Below are positions 49,466 to 56,452 of a stretch of 56,452 nucleotides of DNA, one piece after another. Position 1 is the stretch's first letter; each line of letters begins with the position of its first letter. Both the position numbers and the translations under genes were made by a program. The notes beneath the pieces are model-generated. The model had not been told where the DNA came from. It ran no database searches and was given only the letters and a program-made list of their open reading frames with translations. The stretch is from Octopus bimaculoides (Eukaryota), in contig NC_068981.1 in the NCBI RefSeq assembly GCF_001194135.2, positions 122,942,371-122,998,822 on the forward strand, written 5' to 3'.

Positions 49466-50632
49466 ATCGGCAAATGCTTGTTTATTTTTATGTATTTTGA
49501 TTCATTATTTGTGTTGCTTAATATGTTTTGCTAAAATTGCTGTTTTTTCAGATATCATCAGGAAAGGGGCATTAAGATTCATTAAAATGACAGATCCATC
49601 GGACTTTCAAAGAGGTCAAATTGTTGTAGCTCGTATGGCAGGCGCTAGCGTAATGAAAACAGCCGAAATGTTTGGTGTATCAAGAAGTACTGTCTCGAAA
49701 GTAATGACAGCCTTTGAAAAGAGGGAAAAACCTCCTCATTGAAATAAAACTCCGGAAGAAAACCAAAACTTTCAGATAAGGGCCGTGGACTCTTACGCGA
49801 ATTATTAGAAAGGATCACAAAAGTACAGCTCCCAGAATTACTGCAGAACTTAATGACTACCTTGAGAACACAGTTTCCACAAAAACTATTCGCCGGAAAC
49901 TGCACAAAGCTGTATTTCACGGAAGAGCTGCAATCAGAAAACCACTACTTTCAAAAACAAATGTTGCAAAGCGTTTAGAGTGGAGTAAAAACATACCAAA
50001 TTGGTCGCTAGAGCAGTGGAAGAATGCTATTTTCTCGAACATGTTATCCTTTACCTTATTTCCGATCACCGGCTGAATATACGTGTGGAGACAGCCAAAT
50101 GAAGAATTTGACCCAGACTGCCTTCTTACAACTGTTAAACATGTGATGATTTTGGGGGGCTATATCTTGGAAATCCACCGACCCAACGGCTTCCCTTCAT
50201 GGCAGAATTAATAGTGAAGACTATTTAAGCATCCTATGGTTGCGAAACTGGTTCCGGAGGGAAACGCAACCTTTCAGGGTGATAATGCACCAATTCACAC
50301 ACCTAAAGTTGTTACTGAATGGAACGAAGGACATTCTAGTGAAGTTGAACTTCTTATTTGGCCACCACAGTCCCCAGATCTCAATATTATTGAATATTTA
50401 TGGTGCATTTTAGAAAAACAAGTATGGAGTTGATATCCTCCACCATCATCTCTACAAAAGACTGTTTTAACTGAAGAATGGACAAAAATTCCTTTGGAAC
50501 CATTCAAACTTTGTACGAGTCCATACCTTATAGAATTCAAGCTGTAATTACTACCAAAGGCGGTCTTACTCCTAATTAAAATAGATTTGTTTGAAATTTT
50601 AAGGTGTTTCCACTATTTTGCCCAACCCCTGT
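49466..50632 (+). mobile_element. Decayed Tc1-like transposon with DD36E spacing
   Basis: MTDPSDFQRGQIV...FGVSRSTVSKV (paired-like HTH), GRAAIRKPLLS, and FQGDNAPIH...WPPQSPDLNIIE with 36 residues between D and E (counted). The 3' TIR-like end is GGTGTTTCCACTATTTTGCCCAACCCCTG; the 5' end falls in a gap. Confidence 0.88.
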
Positions 50633-50703
50633 GTATATATATATATACACATGTGTATATATATATATATATACACATGTGTGTATATATATATGTGGAT
50701 ATA

Positions 50704-50880
50704 CCCCCACCATTCCTTGACAACAGATTTCACTGTCTTTACGTTCCCACAACTTAATAGTTCAGCAAAAGGCACTGATAGAATAAGTACTAGTCTTACA
50801 AAGAATAAATCCTGTGCCCGATTTTTTCGACCAAAGGCGGTGCTCCACCATGGCCGCAGTCACATGACTGAAACAAGGTA
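50704..50880 (+). mobile_element. SINE 3' half
   Basis: Homologous to 40715-40890 (GATAGAATAAGTACTAG...GGCGGTGCTCCA.CATGGCCGCAGTCA.ATGACTGAAACAA). Confidence 0.8.
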
Positions 50881-51869
50881 TTTGTTTCACCGCTCCAAAG
50901 GAAAACCGTTGTACTACACTTTGACAGTTTTTTATATCTTGGCATCTGAAGCAGTTGGAGATACGATAGTTTGACCAAAAGAACTGGCTTATTGCAAGCA
51001 AAAGTAACTATTGAAAAACAGGCATTTGGCCAAATTTGGATATACGAGTTTAACATAATAGCAAGGAATAATATATACTTTAACCTATCATACATCTGCC
51101 ATTAGCTACGGGCTTACCATGTTATTTTCTTATACAATATATCTACCTTTGACATCTACTCATTTTACCCCTTTTGCTTTGATCCCTTTCATAACAAAAG
51201 AGCATGAATCTTATATGCGGGATAAACTTTACAAAAAAATACATTTTTCAATCTGGTATATAATTATATACCAAATTATAAACATGAATTATAATTCATG
51301 TTTATAATTTTCTTTAAACAAACACCTGCTTTATACACCCATTGTATTCTTTAAGTATTAAAAGCAACACTCTGTGTCCAACTTAAGGTCAATTATATCA
51401 AATTATATTCTATTAAATTATTTCTACCCTTTCATTTGTAATATATATATAAATCGTTTATATGGATAATGTCCGGTCTTCTATTTGGCAGGTGAATGGA
51501 CACATTTTATGCACTTTCAAGGAGATAATCCACTTTTAAATGATCAAATTAATAAATAATCTTACACGTGCACATATTTATGTATCCGTGTAAATATGCG
51601 TATGTATATGTGAGTGCATATGAGAGTGTATTCTTGACCCTGCATCTTTTACAAGGCTCACAATGTATGAGACTGTTCATATTTTCTGATAAATCTTTTG
51701 AGATAAGGACGAGATTATAAACGTCCTTACGGAACAACTGGGCGCCTTCAAAAGCAATGACTTAGGTGTATTTCGACCAAAAATCATACAGATCTCGTCG
51801 AACTTAATAGTACCGCCTGATTAGATATTAAATGTTATTTTTAAGTCTGGTTTTTGCGGTATCATGACC

Positions 51870-53950
51870 TATCGAAGTAAGATATTGTTTACTAAGATAT
51901 TTCTGATATAAGTGGTTTATCTGGCATCCTTGGAAGAAATATACCCAAGTTTTGTGTGAAGGTGATTTCGTGTGAAGGTTTTGGATTTGTTTCGGGATAA
52001 TGTTAAAAAAGCAGGGCTTGTCGTGGAAAAAAAATTGTACTGCATTGAATTTGTGTGTGGTATTGTGAGCTTGAATAGTATAGAGGGGGTATGGCACGTG
52101 AACCTAGACTAGGATGGATTCTAAATCTGATGCTAGGTTTGTATGGGCAATGCTAATGGTATACCCTGTACATTGTGCAAATGACGTCGCGCTCAGGGCG
52201 GCGCTGGTGAGAATAAGGTTTCAATATTCTAAGGCAGTCCCAATAACCAAGGCAATTATATATGTTTTCATATAAGGTGATTACTCAATTCTCATAATAT
52301 TATTTTACAGAAGACCACAGGATTCAGCGGTATTCAAGGGGTACAAATGATGGACAAATTGTAATGATGACATTGCTCTTTAGACAAGAAATTTGTGAGA
52401 ATCCAGGAGCTGATCCTGAGAGCCATATCATTCATCTTTATCATTGATGCGCAAGACGTTTATATTATTAAATGCTGTGAGTAGTTTCCCAGAAAGTAGA
52501 GAGTATGGTTGTTTAAGGGTATGCTATTTTAAAAAGTGCATGATTTAAAATTTTCCTTCAATTAACCAAATGTTTTTGTCTGACTTACAGCATATAGATC
52601 ACTGGCTTACAGCATATAGATCAGAATGGAGTTCAGTACAGCTTTCTCCATTGATAAGTTTTGTGATCTTGAAGCCGTTGGCGAATATCTTTATTTCGCT
52701 GTTTGTTGACGCTTGAGATATCCTTTATAAAGGCTAAAAGGAGAAGCAGGCCCATAATAGTCCTTTGAAGGGCAGCACTGGTGACTTTTCTGAGAATATT
52801 CCACCGATTACAACATGCTGTTTTGTGCTCACCGGGGAATTACCTTAATCCAGGGTAGCAATTTTCCACAGATTTCAATATATGACAATTTTGACAGGAT
52901 GATATTGTGGTCAACTGGGTCGAACGCTTTGCTCAAGTAAGCATGTGTAATATCACAGTTCAAACTTTATCCCAATGCTTTAGGGTCATCATTGATGTGA
53001 TGTAAAAGCTGTATTAGGTAATCCCTGCCGCAGCGAAAGCCATCCTAGCTGGAATTTAGAAGATTGTTATACTTCAGGAAGCCAGTTATCCTTGATCTCA
53101 CTCTCATAACCACCACAGACACTCTGTTGATACGGCAGATAAGTGATATTAGGAGATAACTAAATGCAAGAAACCGGTTTCTTATTATGAAGACTGGGAT
53201 TACAAAAATAACTGTTTCGGGGTTGCAAGTTGGTGTCTACATTATTTCAGGAGACAAGCGAGGAATCTGTCAGAGTCTACTGCAGGATAATATGTGTCCT
53301 CATTTATTGTTGGCATGATATCTGTGGCAGTAAATGTTATGTCAGAGATAATATGTTGGAGATTGAGTTCGCTCAGATTCTTTGCATCAATAGCAGTGGA
53401 ATCTCTAAATACAAAGCAATATTGGTTCTGCTATACTTTCTTTAGTGATATGGCGGATAGTGTTGTTATCATCTATCAGTGGACAAATGTATGAGGCAGC
53501 AGTCTTTTACTTACTGACATATGAATAGAATTTTTTTTTTTTGTTTTTATTACCCATTTTTTCTCAGCTCCTCTTTCGTTCTCGATATAGGTTTTCATAC
53601 AAATCTGCAGATGATATTTTTCTAATTCAAGCTTTCTTATTGCTATTGAATCTGGGTGCTGTTACTGGTAATATTTTGGTTGATTTTTTTTTAATATTGA
53701 GACCTTTGATTCTCTTGATGAGAGACATTTTTCTTTCTTGGGAAACTATTTATACCTGGGCTTGTGGGTTTCGTAGGTGCGTGTTTTGAGCAAGAGTAGT
53801 TGAAAATTTTCTCTAAGCGCTGGCATGTTGTTTTCATACAAAAGAAACTATAAGTGAAGGACCAGACAATAGAAATTGACAGATATTTACTAATTGCTCC
53901 CCAGTCTGTTTTGTGAAGACTGATGTCGAACAGGTGCAATATATGTAATA
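51870..53950 (-). mobile_element. CR1/Jockey-group LINE RT relic, heavily decayed
   Basis: Minus-strand translation GFRCGRDYLIQLL...YLSKAFDPVDHNIILSKL...GKLLPWIK at about 52850-53040, and a C-terminal LGIFLPRMPDKP. Boundaries are approximate. Confidence 0.7.
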
Positions 53951-54579
53951 TATATATATATATGATTTAAGCAAACATGGTCAGTATTCTGTTGCAGTTA
54001 TTTGTAAAAGATAGACAAATACAAGTATATCAAATACCATCTAATAGGATTCTGGGTTTATTAAAATCATATACAACTCTAGTGGACGTATCATAATTAG
54101 TAAATTGCAATTTGGATCGGCTTTATTTGACAAGTTAATTTGTTCATAGAAGAGATCTCTAAAGTTGACATACTGTTAGGGAAAAAAGACAGGCATAATG
54201 CCAGCAGATGATACGACAGTCGTGGCTGCGTGTTTCTGCTTAAACACCTGCAGTCAGCAAGACATTTGTTCGACCTTATTTTCATAGCCAACGAACATAT
54301 ATACATATTAACGTATATGTACATATACATTCCTTTATCTCTCTATATACACAGACACACACAATATACACAAACCCGCGCAGACACACATACGCGCACA
54401 ATATACATATGTACATGGAAGTACTTACTTAGATACATACATCGAGAATGTTTATATCTTAAGACTTCAATTTGCGTGTAGAAATTTGCCAGTAATATAA
54501 CTCCACTTTTCACATATTTTCAGAATATACATATTATATATACATAATTATATGTATATATATATATATATAATTAGAG

Positions 54580-54842
54580 TGGAGGCGCATGGCTTAGTGG
54601 TTAGGGTGTCAGCATCCTGATCGTAAGATTCTGGTTTCGATTCCTGGTCCGGCGACGCGTTGTGTTCTTGAGCAAAACACGTCATTTCACGTTGCTCCAG
54701 TCCACTCAGCTGGAAAAAATGAGTAACGCTGCGATGGACTGGCGTCCCGTCCAGCCGGAGAACACATACGCCATTGAAACCGGGAAACCGGGAAACCGGG
54801 TCCATGAACCTGGCTACGCTTTAAAAGGGCGCATTTATGTAT
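54580..54842 (+). mobile_element. Full-length tRNA-derived SINE with a 17-bp target-site duplication
   Basis: A/B boxes (GGCTTAGTGG...GGTTTCGATTCC). TATATATATAATTAGAG is repeated at 54563-54579 and 54843-54859. A GAAACCGG x3 tail repeat is present. Confidence 0.9.
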
Positions 54843-55879
54843 TATATATATAATTAGAGAATATGTTAACTTCATAAAGGGATTGTTTCATTTAAGGAAA
54901 TAAATTATTGAGTATTAATTGAAACGGCTGTAAGAAACGAAGATGACCATTTTCTTGTAAATGATAAGCAGTTATTAAGTTTCTAATCTCCATTTTCTTT
55001 TATTCAGGTATATATATATATATCAAATGAATAACAGTCCTTGCGTTCTTCCTATGTTGGAGGTAAATCTTGAATATTCAAAAGCACCCAAATTGTTAAA
55101 AATCATATATATCTAAGAAGCTTTGTACGTCTCCAATGGTAACGTTCTCCCTCTAACATTGTCAAAAAGTTTTATTATAAGCAGAGTCTGTTGGTGGTCA
55201 GAAGACATAGATGCTTGATTAGGTTTCTTAAGCATGATATTTGTTGATTTGCAGTTTATATATCTGGAATAGAACTACTGTAACAGATGAACATCCGACC
55301 GGCATTTAAAGGAAAGCTATGTGATTCACAATTATTCCCACTCAACATTCTCCATCTTCTATATCCCAGAAATGCTGTCTATTTTGTAGGCTTGTTACCC
55401 CAATTCTTGGAATAGATGTTTTACCCTCAATAAGTCCCCATAGAACCCGTATAATCGCGATGCTCCTGACATATTATTTTCTCTCCCGCTTGTCACATCC
55501 CAGGTGTCATAGTAAACACATTTTCAACTCGTTTCAAATAAAGTGACTGACGGCGAGTTCTTCCACTTTAGGAGGCAAACATATGTCATGGGTTTTAGGC
55601 TTTTTTCTTTGACTAAATTTGTAAAATATACTCTAGTTTTTTGAAGGGTTCACTCACATTTTGTCATTCACCTTTAGATTCGTTATTGAAATATACATAC
55701 ATTTTGGATAGAGCAAGCTTCAGTTCATATAATTTAAAACTTAGAACTTAGAACTACATCAGGCAATACTGTATAAGCTTTTGTACAACTTTAATCATAA
55801 CATGAAAACAACATTAAGAGAAATATTAAGAAAAGGCTATAACAACACGAATAAAAGTATTGGGAATAGCATTATAACA

Positions 55880-55888
55880 ACATTAGCG

Positions 55889-55969
<81 letters not shown>

Positions 55970-56100
55970 GTGATAATAATAATAATATTGAAAATGATAA
56001 TAACAGTAATAAATATAATAATAATAATAATGATAATAATAATAATAATAATAATAAAAATAATGATAATAATAATAATAATAATAATAACAACAACTAT
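55880..56100. repeat. (AAT)n microsatellite with degenerate flanks
   Basis: Read directly from the sequence. Confidence 0.97.
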
Positions 56101-56452
56101 CTAAGCAAAGAATACAACTTATTTAATCCAGTAAACATTCTTATAATTTAAGTTACGTCAATAACTATAGCATGAACAAGCTTTTCTAATTATTCTACTA
56201 CAGCAAGCTAAATCAAATATCCACGAATAATTCAGATGACTATTTCATAAATACGAAGGGGTGGTAATTGCATATCTTTCACTATTGGTGGTGCTTTTAG
56301 TGATTACTTCCATTTTTGTATGTATTTTATTTTCATTTTGATATATGAGAAACAGTGAGTAACAAAGTGAGAAAGTGAGCAGGCAATGAGGGCCATTTAA
56401 AATAGAAATTCTGGAATGAAAAGACATACATATGCACGTAGGAATATTGGCT

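Noticed and set aside
55250-55650. Possible APE-endonuclease remnant upstream of the CR1-like relic
   Set aside because: Only vague YxPP/GD-like fragments; too decayed to support.

Overview
AT-rich eukaryotic genomic DNA with many N gaps and microsatellites. The SINE families and the density of (TA)n/(CA)n/(AAT)n/(GAA)n tracts most resemble an Octopus/coleoid cephalopod genome; this is inferred from recalled repeat families and was not verified by search. I found no intact host protein-coding gene. Most listed ORFs are artefacts of microsatellites or gaps, or are pieces of decayed transposons. Recognisable content: (i) five Tc1/mariner relics with different catalytic spacings (DD41D, maT-like, two mariner/DD34D-type, DD36E); (ii) three Penelope-like (PLE) relics with GIY-YIG motifs; (iii) four R4/Dong-type non-LTR retrotransposon segments (RT + CCHC + restriction-like endonuclease) sitting in (AAT)n/(GAA)n tracts; (iv) a CR1-like RT relic; (v) an orphan ORF1-like zinc-knuckle element; (vi) several tRNA-derived SINEs; (vii) a CCAAT/E-box promoter-like zone at 1-1500. 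The most interesting signal is a set of minimal type I hammerhead-ribozyme motifs with palindromic helix III. Several lie in short inverted (fold-back) repeats that have no adjacent ORF, which suggests PLE-derived, retrozyme-like non-autonomous elements.
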